Part shown: piece by piece, positions 1 through 10,980 of the stretch | How the letters are laid out: each line of letters opens with the position of its first letter | Numbering within the stretch: position 1 is the stretch's first letter | Source of the DNA: Tubiluchus corallicola | Lineage: Eukaryota > Animalia > Priapulida | Length of the DNA stretch: 27,366 nucleotides | Assembly: GCA_030141605.1 (NCBI GenBank) | Contig: JAQGDQ010001737.1 | Span: 1 to 27,366, forward strand | Direction of reading: 5' to 3' | Program-made: the position numbers and the translations under genes | Notes under the pieces: model-generated | Seen by the model: the letters and a program-made list of their open reading frames with translations, nothing else | The model's database searches: none | Told to the model about the DNA's origin: nothing

Positions 1-830
1 CTGCATGTTATATGTTGGAAGCAACCCCAAGAATGTGCCTTCATAAGACAGATCATCACTACTTGAATCACTATAGAATAATGCTTTTGTTAGTTTCTAT
101 GAACTAGTGAACTAGAAAAGCATCATGCTCAATTTGTTGTCTCTCAACAAAGTCTTCTTGTGTGAAAGAAAACCGTGTCTAAATCCATCCAAAAATCCAA
201 AGTAGCAGATTCCTAATAGCTGCGGCACTACTTCCGGGTAGAAATAAGCAAACTGGCCCTAAAAATTCGTTACACCCGAACCTCTCTGTACCTCCCCACC
301 CCTTTTAACGCCGGATTTTGGAACAGCCGTATTCAAACGTACTCAAATATATCAAGACACCTTGTTATAATGCCAAACACCAATTTTTTTAGCTGTCCCA
401 AAGCTATAAAGAAGTTTGAAGGCATTTTAAAATTGTCTGACATTTTCATGTTATCATACATGCAAACATAACTTTCTATAAGTTCATAAATTTTAAGAGC
501 AATGCAGTCCTAAAAGAATAATGTAGCAATTACATGTGGTGGAGGCATTCACATTCGCATGGTAATGAAGCGCTACAAACTGTATGTTAATTTAAATCCA
601 AATATGTGGGGTACTGCACTTACTTGTATTCAACTTAGCTTATCGTAGCAAAAGTCTTAAAATGTACATCATCAATGGATCTACAATTTTACATTCTCTA
701 GCAAAATAACCATGTTAGCCTGCACCACATGATTGTATAGTCAAACCTCTTTTTACCGCCTATTTAGGATTACAAAAAAAGTTGGCATTAAGCAAGTTTG
801 GCATTATAATGAGGTGCATTAATACATACA

Positions 831-1640
831 CTAGCAAAGGCCCCGCAAAAGATTTTGCGTATAAATACACGTGTAATCAATAATACGCGAACGTCCTACC
901 AAGTCCTCATTTAAATACGGAACATCCTGCCTACTGTATGTCTGTTTATCTAACGCAAAGCCTGTAGAGCGTTTGCTGAATTAAAGTTATAGGCAGAGTA
1001 CAATGGATGACGTCAGCACAATGGAATGCGTCACCACAGTTTTCTAAGCGAAAATTGTCGAACAATAGAACGAAAAATAGAACATCCAATTAACTCGTCG
1101 GTACTCCTCTCGGTGGACCTGCCCTAAAATATAACTCACACCATCGTGTAGCCCTGTTCTTCCTCTTTCTAAAGAGCCATATATCTGTTTCCCAAAGTCC
1201 CACCAGGCGCCGCTAGAACGTTTTTCCCACATGCTGTTTGGTCTCAATTTCGAAAAAATCGCGAGTTGGGTCCGGGAAAACGCCCGTTACTGGACGCCGT
1301 GGCCCTCTCGCGAATTCTAAATATGCCTACTACACCCACTGCTGAACGGGCTATCCATCCATAGCCAGCACCACCCTCGGCCCGTTCCAGTTCTTCAGAA
1401 ATAAGAAGTATAACTTTTGCAAAAAACGGCCGAAAAAGGGCCATTTTTGGAGATTTTTCGCCCCCCGTTCCTCCCGGTGGGCCCGATTCGAAAAATAAAC
1501 CATCAATGAGAAGACACTAGATCGAGACCTTTCGTTTGATATATAGATCGCCGCAAATGGTGCCGTCGTCGAAGCTGTAGCCTCGAATCTTATATATATA
1601 TATAAATATATTAAGATACCAAGAATATTAATATAAGGGA
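831..1640 (-). mobile_element. non-autonomous Helitron, copy 1
   Basis: Minus strand starts TC (1640-1639) and ends CTAG (834-831) followed by T. Hairpin CGCAAAA-GA-TTTTGCG at 844-859 lies 9 nt from the CTAG. Alignable with 1641-2416. No Rep/helicase ORF. Confidence 0.8.
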
Positions 1641-2416
1641 CTAGCAAAGGCCCCGCAAAAGATTTTGCGTAAAAAACCACGTATAAGCAATAACACGCGA
1701 CCATCCTACCTAGTCCTCATTTATAACACAAAGCCCGTAACATCTAGCCTACTGTTTGTTTATCTAACGCAAAGCCAGCAGCGTTTACTCCTGCCTACTG
1801 TATGTTGCAAAGCAGCTTTTTGCTGAATTAATGTTATAGACACAATGGATGACGTCAGCACAATGGAATGCGGTCTGCAGTTTTCTAAGGCGAAAATTGT
1901 CGAAATTTGCCGAAAATAGAACACGAATTAACTCGTCGATACTCCTCTCGGTGGACCTGCCCTAACATATAGCCCACATCGTCGTGTAGCCCTGTCCTTC
2001 CTCTTTGTAAAGAGTACCATATCTCCTTCCTAGAGTCCCACCGGGCGACGCTAGAACATTTTTCCCGCATGCTGTTCGAAAAAAATTTCGAAAAAATCGC
2101 GAGTTGGGTCCGGGAAAACGCCCGTTGCGGGGCGCCCTGGCCCTCTCGGGAATTCTAAGTATTCCTACTACACCCACTGCCTCAGCCGTATAACTTTTGC
2201 AAAAAAACGGCCGAAAAAGGGCCATTTTTGGAGGTTTTTCGCCTCGCGTTCCTTCCGGTGGGCCCGATTCGAAAAATAAAGTACCAATGGCACGACACTA
2301 GATCGAGACCTTTCGTTTGATATATAGATCGCCGCAAATGGTGCCCTCGTCGAAGCTGTAGCCTCGAATCTTATATATATATATATATACCAAGAATATT
2401 AATATAAGAGTATAGA
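1641..2416 (-). mobile_element. non-autonomous Helitron, copy 2
   Basis: Minus strand A|TCTATACTCTTATATT... 5' end at 2416, with the same hairpin and CTAG 3' end at 1641. The dimer sits between A and T in a (TACA)n run with no target duplication. Confidence 0.8.
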
Positions 2417-2812
2417 TACATATATATATATGCAAATATAGGCATTTTGTTTTGCTAAAAATTTGGGCTTTAAACAAGGTTGGCATTATAAATGGGGCAT
2501 TATAATGGGTTTGACAGTAATTTATTATCTTATCTTAATGCGCCTCAAGGTTTACTGATGATAGCAAAAATTATAAAAATTAAAATTTAAACTGATTCGA
2601 AGATGAGGACTGCAAATTGACAGTGTTCTGCACCTCTGTACTTCTTTCCACGCAACAGTCACAGACGGAATGATAAAAAGGATAGCTCTGAAACTGAAGA
2701 AGTTCTGCACTTTTGCACTTGTTTTGGTAAAACAAACACAAAGAAGAACATCAAGTAGGTTTAACAATTCCTTCTGTTTTGGGTTTTTGTAGCTGTAGGC
2801 TTCTAAAGGCAA

Positions 2813-2840
2813 TCAAGATTTCGATGGCACTATATTACAG
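2813..2840 (-). CDS. PSMD9: PSMD9 terminal coding exon, (G)CNIVPSKS*
   Basis: Acceptor ttatttcag; phase 2 completes the Gly codon from the previous exon. Resembles the recalled human C-terminus GCNIIPLQR. Candidate AATAAA on the minus strand at 2521-2526. Confidence 0.88.
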
Positions 2841-3267
2841 CTGAAATAAGAAGAAATATACTAGAAGACTATAAAAAATATTATGGTAATGGTAAAGTTT
2901 TTAAATTATTTATAACAAGAGTAACATCATTTCAGAAACAAAAACAACCCACTATAAAATAAATTTGATTAAATATTCCAATATTTCTACTACACGTTAG
3001 CTGTCATCATCAGGAAATATATAAAGAATGATTTCAAATTCCGAATAAGACAAAACTACGACTAATTGTGAAAACAATAATCGTAGATGAAGCAAAAAAT
3101 GTTATCATTAAATGATTGATCACAGAAGCAGTACATCTAGACGGCAACATGAGAAAAAACCTTGATTTTGATAATATTCATATTACGAAGTCATATGAAT
3201 ATCATTTATATTGTTGTTAATAGTGAATTACAAAGTTCTCGAAAATTCTTAAGGTACTAGGACAACA

Positions 3268-3432
3268 GCGGCGGCGGCTGCTACTACTGCTGCTGCTATT
3301 ACTGCTGCTGCTACTACTACTGCTGCTGCTGCTGCTGCTACTACTACTGCCACTGCTACTACTACTACTACTACTACTACAACTACTACTACTACAACTA
3401 CCACTACCACTACTACTACTACTACTACAATA
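3268..3432. repeat. compound trinucleotide microsatellite (CTA/CTG)n
   Basis: Directly visible; lies in the last PSMD9 intron. Confidence 0.95.
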
Positions 3433-3556
3433 ACTAGTAGTATGCAGAATGCATGAAGTCAGAACAAACAATAAGCAGAATTAGTCTTTAACAACTGCTT
3501 TACTTGAAATAAAGAATTACTTGAAATCAAATAAAATAAATGAAAACATAACTCAC

Positions 3557-3645
3557 CCGAGCATACCTCTTCCTGACCATGGCTTTGGTTCCAATGTAAC
3601 AACCACTTCTTTGCCATTCCGAAGAACGACCACACGTACATGTTT
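3557..3645 (-). CDS. PSMD9: PSMD9 penultimate exon, KHVRVVVLRNGKEVVVTLEPKPWSGRGML(G)
   Basis: 89-nt exon with acceptor tatttcag and donor gtgagt. WSGRGMLGC matches the conserved p27/Nas2 W-x-G-x-G-LLGC motif. Confidence 0.92.
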
Positions 3646-3708
3646 CTGAAATACATTTTCACAGTCGTTACTTCTGCGGAAGATCCATTTGACTAACACT
3701 CTTATGCA

Positions 3709-3821
3709 ACTACGGCCAAATCACGTTGAAAACACCGGTTCTGATCACCGAAGTTAAGCAACACAGAGCCTGGTTAGTACTTGGATGGGTGGCGCCTAGG
3801 AATACCAGATGCTGTAGGCTT
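3709..3821 (+). pseudogene. 5S rRNA-derived sequence (SINE head, not a functional 5S gene)
   Basis: CTACGGCCA..CACGTTGAAAACACCGGTTCT..GATCACCGAAGTTAAGCAAC..GGTTAGTACTTGGATGGGTG..GGAATACC..GCTGTAGGCTT follows metazoan 5S. It has a ~5-nt deletion and substitutions, and no T4+ Pol III terminator after it. Confidence 0.88.
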
Positions 3822-4197
3822 GCGGGATGCCCACACTGTATCTCGACACTAGGCGGAGGAGCTGCACAAGCAGCCAACGGCTAGAGGGCGGAGGAAGTCA
3901 TGTGACCCAAAGGTCATGTGTAGAGGAGTAAACCTTCCAAATCAGGAGTGGAGCCCCGAAGACAGACCAGTGCAGCATGCTCACTGACTCCGGCACCTCC
4001 TGCAGCCAACCTGGCGCCAAACGTATTGCTCCGCTTTCCTTTGGACTACACCAGGGAGGAAGAGAGGGGGTTCCTGTTGTCTGGGCTACTCAGGATCTCC
4101 ATACACCTTGCCCAGGCATGTGCCCTGGAGACGTTCAAGACAATCTTGGCACACACTCCATTGTCTTCTGAGACAGAAGGATGCCAACAACAACAAA
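3709..4197 (+). mobile_element. 5S rRNA-derived SINE (SINE3-type) with RTE-like body and 3' tail
   Basis: 5S-like head (3709-3821) runs directly into a ~320-nt GC-richer body, then a tail ...TGTCTTCTGAGACAGAAGGATGCC(AAC)n. Possible TSD TATGCA at 3703-3708 and 4198-4203. Antisense within a PSMD9 intron. Confidence 0.8.
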
Positions 4198-4803
4198 TAT
4201 GCACATTGCACACATCTTATAAAACAAAAGGTTTTCAGCATACTGTAAAAAGTGTAATACTACGTAAATGCAGCACTCAATGGAAGAGCCTGAACATGTA
4301 TGACTGTAGATAAAAATCTGGTTCATAATAAAAACTAATCCTCTGAGATGAGGCATTTAACCCGTAGAAGCATCTTGAACACATATTTCAATCTGATATT
4401 TCAATCACGAAAAACTGCAGAGTAGTATGGTTAAAATCTGAAGGTTACCCATGCATTAACTAATCAGGTTTAGCACTGCGTAGCTTCAGCTGCTAAGCTG
4501 CACACTCAAGCAGTCCATTTGCCATATTAACCTAACAAAATACTCCACTATCCACAATGTAATTTTTGATATTTCCCATGTTTTCTTGTCACACTTACAA
4601 ATTACTGAACACCAGTGTGACTGACTATGCCTAAAGATTGATTAAGTTCGGGATCCCGAAAGTTCACCGAACCTACAACCAAAGTTCACCAGTCTGGATT
4701 TTTTCGGGGGAATATCGGTGCATTCCTAATCACTCATTTAATTTTATAAGAATTGCAACTACGTGACTAAAGATGCATGACTAAAAGCTGAGCAAAACTT
4801 TAC

Positions 4804-4905
4804 CCCAACACTGTGCTGGACAATGGCTGCAACATTTTGTAAACTCTCAAAATTTTCCGACGTGACGGAACCAAATTCTACCAGTCCATCACCAACTTCT
4901 ATGCC
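4804..4905 (-). CDS. PSMD9: PSMD9 PDZ-domain exon, GIEVGDGLVEFGSVTSENFESLQNVAAIVQHSVG
   Basis: 102-nt phase 0/0 exon with acceptor atttttag and donor gtaaaa. Resembles recalled human [34 protein letters not shown]. Confidence 0.93.
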
Positions 4906-5084
4906 CTAAAAATATAAAAAAATATGATCACATTACATCTAATCTAAGAGTTACATTGGCTGCATATAAAGTTACGAATTCTATTTAAAGGCCTTTGCAT
5001 TGTCTACAAAGTACTACGTGGTTTGTCACCTGCATATCTCACAGATCTTTTGATATGCCATAACATAGACCAGAATGCTGTTTA

Positions 5085-5372
5085 GTGGCACCGCCTAGTA
5101 TCTGATTTTGTAGTAGTTATAGTAATCTGCAGTGGAGCATCAGAGGTTTCCTTGAATTGCTAATTGTTGGCGCCATCTAGTGGGTGATTTTGTAGTAAAA
5201 TGAGATCAGTTATCTCAATTTTTTTTAATACTGGTGGCAGGAACCATCTAGTAGCAGACGTTGTAGTAATATGTACTAGAGCACCACAAGTTTACTTGAA
5301 TTTCTCATTGCTGGCGCCATCAGGTATTCGATTTTACAGTAATACTTGGTCAGCTATCTCAATTTTTCTTGA
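5085..5372. repeat. diverged ~143-bp tandem duplication containing CTCF-like motifs
   Basis: Two alignable units (gagcatcagaggtttccttgaatt / gagcaccacaagtttacttgaatt; tatctcaattttt twice). GCGCCATCTAGTGG at 5170-5183. Confidence 0.6.
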
Positions 5373-6220
5373 ATGGTGAAAGTGGATGCATTACCACTAG
5401 ACTAAAACTAAAAGACTCAAAGTTGCTTAATGGTTTTTTAGAAGAGTAAGATATTGATTGAAACTAAATGGCACCTAGGGAAAAGGCATAAAGTGTAAAA
5501 AATTGTGTCACAAAAACATCATATTTTTAAGCACGAAAGTAAAATTCAAAATTTGATCACAAAAACAGTACAAATAAAGGCTTTATGAGAACAATAAATT
5601 ATTTATTTACACATTCATAAAAGCTATAATACGGTACATTTGAAAAATGCATCAATCAGAACTTTTCAGGATTATATATTTTATTTTCACATTGTTTAAA
5701 GTTAATTTTCATATAAATTATATTTTAGTTTATTATATAACTACTAAAAGTTGAGTAGCTACGAAATCCACATTGAGAGTACTAACTTCCATGCAGTAGA
5801 AATATTCAATAGAACAAAACACAATAAAAGTCAATGGATAGCAACAATGAATACAGTAATACTCAAATGTAATATCAGAACACTTTTATGACAAACAACC
5901 GATTTAAACAACCATTAAATATAACACAAACTCTTTGGTACTTCTACACCTATTACAAAACTAATTTTGGTGCATCCAATATACAATCTTGCTTTATCAA
6001 AAGAAGATGTTATTTAATAATCACTTAGCAGCTTAACTCAGCTCCAGTAACTTAAAATATTTTTAATATTTTCAAATTATACTCAATTAGACAACAACAC
6101 ATTGAATTCTGTTTCCAAAAATATGGAAACTATGGCAATACAATGAAATATGATAAACTAAATATACCCTTAATTCTCTCATATCAATCAAAAATGGTTA
6201 TTTTACACCTAGACATCTAA

Positions 6221-7152
6221 TCGTGACAAGGCGTCAGCTATGGTTTTTTCATTGCCACTAATGCCTTCTAAATTCTGACAAAATCAAACTCCACCTGCAC
6301 AGTGACGATTATTTTTCTTAATTCGTGGTAGGGCAAGGAGTCCATGTTGGTCAGTCCTTATCGTAAATCGTCTACCTTCAAGGAAATATCTCAGTCTCTC
6401 AACAGCATTCACAATCGATAAACATTCGATCGATTCTGCTCACATGCCGTCAATTTCCTACTCACATACGTGATCGGGACTTCTCCCAGTTCACCTTGTA
6501 CTTGTGACAGGACAGCCCCTATACCCACGTGATCGGGACTTCTCCCAGTTCACCTTGTACTTGTGACAGGACAGCCTCTATACCTGAAAGCTGGCATCAG
6601 TGGTTAGAATAAAAGGTAGTGAAAAGTCAGGCGAATGCAGCACTGAGTTGGAACTTAGGCAACTGCGCAGCTGAATAAAACTTTGCTCGCAGGCATCATT
6701 CCATTCAACGGTCAAGGGTTGCATTGTTTTCAGTGAGCACGAAAAGCGGCGCCTCAATAATGTTGAAATTCTCAACGAACTTCCGGTAGAAGCCAATTAA
6801 TCCAAGAAAAGACCGAACCTGTTTCTTGGTTACCGGTCGAGAAAAATTTTGGAGTAGCCAAGTGATTCTTGCAGCACTTCACGATATGCAAACAAAATGA
6901 AGGGCACTATCTTATCCCAGGGGAGTGACGGGTGCTGATGCAGCATCTTTAGAATAGATGACTTGATAGTGGCATTAAGATGTTCAGTCAGGCCATTACT
7001 CTGAGGTGAGTATGGGGATGTGTAGATTCCTTTAATACCCAAAGCCTGCTCAAGGTCTTTAACAAGGCGAGATGTGAACTGAGTTCCACGGTCAGTAATT
7101 ATCTCCGTGGGTATTCCATGGCGGCATATAAATTGGAAAAGGGCCTTGACAA
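6221..7152 (-). mobile_element. degenerate Ty3/Gypsy (Gmr1-order) pol fragment: integrase core joined to RT thumb and RNase H
   Basis: Integrase GIPTEIITDRGTQFTSRL..SPYSPQSNGLTEHLN..LFAYREVLQESLGYS (7152-6852). Then RPVTKKQVRSFLGLIGFYRKF, PDFSLPFILTTDAS, AVLSQ, YVSRKL, RFTIRTD and ADALSR. Contains frameshifts and a 59-bp tandem duplication at 6468-6585. Confidence 0.9.
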
Positions 7153-9136
7153 TCGTCGTTGTCTTTATCGTTGTCGTTGTTGTTGTTGTCGTTGACAATC
7201 CTGCTATTGCGCAATTAAAATAACTTGAGCTAATCTCTCTTTGGTGTGCAGCAGAGAAACTTGTAAGTCCAACTCAGTAACAATATTTTTTAACTCCTCC
7301 AGCTTTTTTTGCATAAGGCCGGTATTTGTGTAACGTACCATTTTTTTTACTTCACTGTTACAACAATCACACGTATTTATGCCACCTAGACAGGTGCACA
7401 AACACACAATGTATCCAATAATTGATGTCCGTACCAAAAATTCTTCAAACCACAGTCTCGTTCATGCAATCAACCACTCATACATTTCATAGTATGACCA
7501 CAAATTGCACATTCAAGGTCAGCTGTCTGTCAGTTATTAAAACGGCAATAAATAAACATTTGGAAACTTATTTTTAAAATGGAATTAAATTTAAAAATTG
7601 TGTACAGAAATCACATCTAAATTATTTCAAATTCAGTTTATTTCGCCGGCAAACTACAATAATACAAATATACATGTACAACTTCTTGTATAATTAAAAG
7701 CAGCAAAAAATAATTTCTGACTCCCCAGAGATACTATATTAAGGTCATGAGGTTTGCGGCATGGTAGCTAGTCGAATTCAGTCCAATATATTTGATAATG
7801 TTAAACAGGAGTGTAATTTTAAATTGATGCAATATTTTCTTATGAATTGGTGTAACTGAATTAATGACTTTTCGTGTAGGAAAAATATTAAGTCTAACGA
7901 AATACCTTAATTACTAAACGCAGCATTGACGTTTGGATTCCACCTTGCCATTGTTTTGGAAATAAGCACGTGGTGCCTCCTGGTGTTTGTTTTTCCTAGT
8001 TTAGACAGGTGAGCTAAACAGGAAATAGGCCATTGGCCTCATTTCACAGTTAGGATATGAAAGTAGTGAGTCACCGGTATGTGGCAAAGATGTAAGTTTC
8101 ATTTCTTCACATTTTGTCATGTCATATTATTATTAATTATCATTATACGAGTTACTTAATGTTTTGACATTGGTTTAGCAGAAAGAATTTTTAATTTTTC
8201 TTCGGATAAAGCGAAGTCAAACGCATGTCGCGTACAGTCATAGATGAACAAAAGTTTCAGAATAAGAAAATTGGAAAAATCGATAGGGTGTCGAGAATTT
8301 TATGAATACCTGGTATATACAACTTCTTCATTTATATTTCAGTGTATGAGCAGGGATCCAAGTTTTGAATCAGAGATCTTTTGACAAGAGACAAATGTTA
8401 CATCGATTTCAACTAGATACACAATTGAGAAGATCGTACTGGCGCTAGGTGTTAGCACAAAAACTTATGAATTAAACAGGTACTCATTCAAATTTACCTA
8501 GGTATGTTGTCAAGTCTATTATGTTTGATCTACGTATATATGACGCAGATGGCTAGATATTCAATCATACAACTAACTGCAAAGAAAGCTGTGATACTTG
8601 GTAATTGTATCTAGGCTATATAACGAGTTAAATCCTTATTAGAAGCTCAGAAACTTTATAGTAAATTATAGAAAAGGTTAAAGTGGATAATTCTTCTGAA
8701 ATCAGTCACACGTTGGTATGTATTTATACTAATATCTTTTTTCTGTAATAAATTAGGTATGTATGCCGCCCGTGATTCATTTTTGTTCTTGCTCCACACA
8801 ATATATCAAAAAGTGATGTTTGAATTCCAGAAAAGTTTTTTGAAAGGGTGAGCAAGAGAACAACAAAGACTTTGCAGTACTTGGGTGTCAATCAATTGAA
8901 ATAGATTCACTTAACTATATACTAAATATTTCAAGATGATGCAGCACAATAATGCAATAGAAACTAGGCTGCTATATTATTATATATATATAGCAACCAC
9001 ATCCACTGTGAAGCATTACTTTGTGCATAAGCAATGCACGTATTACAGGTATGAAAGTCTTAGTTTTAAAAGTTATTGTAATTTTGAAAATGCGGCGAGA
9101 CGGAGGAATTTCAAAGATGTGCATCTGAGGTGAGTT

Positions 9137-9263
9137 GAGTAGTAGTACTAGTAGTAGTAGCTGTAGCAGCAGCAGCTGTTGTTGTTGTTGTTGCTGCTGC
9201 TGCTGCTGCTCTTGCTGCTCTTGCTGTTGTTGTTGCTGTTACTCCTGCTGTTGCTGTTGTTGT
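9137..9263. repeat. compound microsatellite (TAG/GCA/GTT/GCT)n
   Basis: Directly visible. Confidence 0.9.
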
Positions 9264-10358
9264 TAACATCATTTATACTATAGTTACGTAAGTGTCTCAA
9301 AACGCTGGTAAAGCCCAGGGAATAAAAAATATGTCATTACTTCTTTGGTGATTCGGTGATTCAGCGGATCTTTAAACTATGCCAGAATACTATATGTAGT
9401 AGTGTTTTGAAATACTGTGACCAGTAATGTATTGTAAATCCACTCAATTCAAATAAAATTTATGTAGAATATAAATTTATAAATGTTACGATAGTGCACG
9501 ATGACCTTAACCTGTATGAAAAATGTATAAAAAATATAAGCAGATTTTAAAAATAGAACATAGAACATTTTTAAATTGCATTAAAAATAAAATAAATACA
9601 GAATTTAGAATATAGAAGCAGAACATAGATTTTAAATTTTTTTTACAGAATTAAAGTCGTGAAAGTAGAACAACTATTAGTACTGTACGTTACAGACAAT
9701 ATTATGTTATCTTAAGTTGTACTAAAAAGAAATAGGTATATAGTTTAAATTTGGAAGAATAAAACAGATTTAACAGTGTTACGCAGAAGTGTCATTTTAA
9801 GTTCAACATTTTCTCATGATTTGGCGCATCTGAGTTAATAATTTTTAATGTATCAAAAAATGTTATAATGTTGCCTTAACACATCTGTTGCACATAGTAC
9901 GTCTTTTGATTAATCTAATATTGCCTGAGGTATTATCTCAAACATCTGAGGAGCAACATTCAATGTTTTAACAAATTGTATTGCTGATTCATGCTGACGA
10001 TCCTAGCACTAGTGCCAAACTACGCCAGTTTATTCGAAAAAATATTATAATTATATAATTTTTATTATCCCAGCAATAATTCCCAAATACATGTAAATAA
10101 CACATATTTAAATTAACAGAACACAAAAAACTTTTGGTTATTAATGTTACAGTAGTACAAATTACAAAAGTTCGTTTGTAATAAACGCTTTACATGCAAA
10201 AGTCACACACTACAAAAGTTAAAAAGGCCAAGTCAAAATTATATTTTTCAAATGACCGTAACAAAGTTATAAGGCCAGTATTGTAAAATTAGTATTTTAG
10301 TAAAACTTATTAGACCACCAAGTTATTTATTCACAGGTTTTTATCAGCTTAATTGTAA

Positions 10359-10723
10359 CTAGTAGCTTGAAGATGCAAGGGCATTAGTAACTTCGAGCAT
10401 GTCTTGGATCTTTAACAACTTTTTTAAAGTTGCCAAAGTTTTGTACTGCTTTTTAAGCACATTCATGATGCGTAACTTTCTTAAACGTCTATTGTGGGCG
10501 ACAAAGGTGATCAATTCCACAATAAGATCAACTTGCTTTTTTGTCAAGCGTTTGGCAAGTCTCAGAGGTAATTCTACCGGATCAGATGGTCCCATACACG
10601 TGCTGCTCTCAATAGAAGTACCATCACCCTGAAGGCGACTCGTAATGTCGGCTCTATCACCCCAAGCAACCAGCAGGTCAGAGGACATGAAGTTACCATT
10701 CAAACATGTCACACACTGATCCA
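10359..10723 (-). CDS. pentraxin-domain gene, terminal exon (end of domain plus cationic tail)
   Basis: Acceptor tttttgtag; phase 1 matches the donor at 13218. Reads (L)DQCVTCLNGNFMSSDLLVAWGD..., where LVAW resembles the pentraxin C-terminal I/V-x-W strand. Stop at 10359; AATAAA on the minus strand at 10326-10331. Confidence 0.8.
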
Positions 10724-10980
10724 CTACAAAAAATTACAATTACATAAATTTGTAATTAATCTAACGATATTATTGTAGTTTATGTAGAAGTACCTTCGTA
10801 CTTTGGCTTGTATTGAAAAAGCAGTAGAAAAAATGCAGCAAAAAGCAAAGATTGTGAAGAATAAGTATTGAACAAAATCACATTAACACATAATGTTAAT
10901 GGAAGGAGAATACCTAATTTAATTATGCTAGAACATTACCTACCAAAACTAAGCAAAACTTTAAATGTGATTGTGGATAC

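Larger units (their letters stand above)
738..2517. mobile_element. pogo/Tigger-like MITE (~195 bp when empty) interrupted by the Helitron dimer
   Basis: Termini TA|TAGTCAAACC (738) and GGTTTGACAG|TA (2517), each one mismatch from CAGTCAAACC, with TA flanks. The internal motif GGCATTATAA occurs on both sides of the 831-2416 insertion. A diverged inverted relative lies at ~272-400 (TTATAATGCCAAAC). Confidence 0.6.

Noticed and set aside
1044-2486. Short minus-strand ORFs in the duplicated region
   Set aside because: They lie within the non-autonomous Helitron copies and their frames are not conserved between copies.
2552-2812. 86-aa ORF
   Set aside because: It begins immediately after the PSMD9 stop codon and is most simply 3' UTR.
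3459-3662. 67-aa ORF from the track
   Set aside because: It overlaps the real PSMD9 exon in the wrong frame.
3709-3821. Functional 5S rRNA gene
   Set aside because: It has an internal deletion, no oligo-T terminator, and continues into a retroposon body and tail.
7204-7437. 77-aa Cys plus coiled-coil-like ORF next to the Gypsy fragment
   Set aside because: No recognisable family motif, a non-ATG start and no convincing splice context; cannot be supported without a search.
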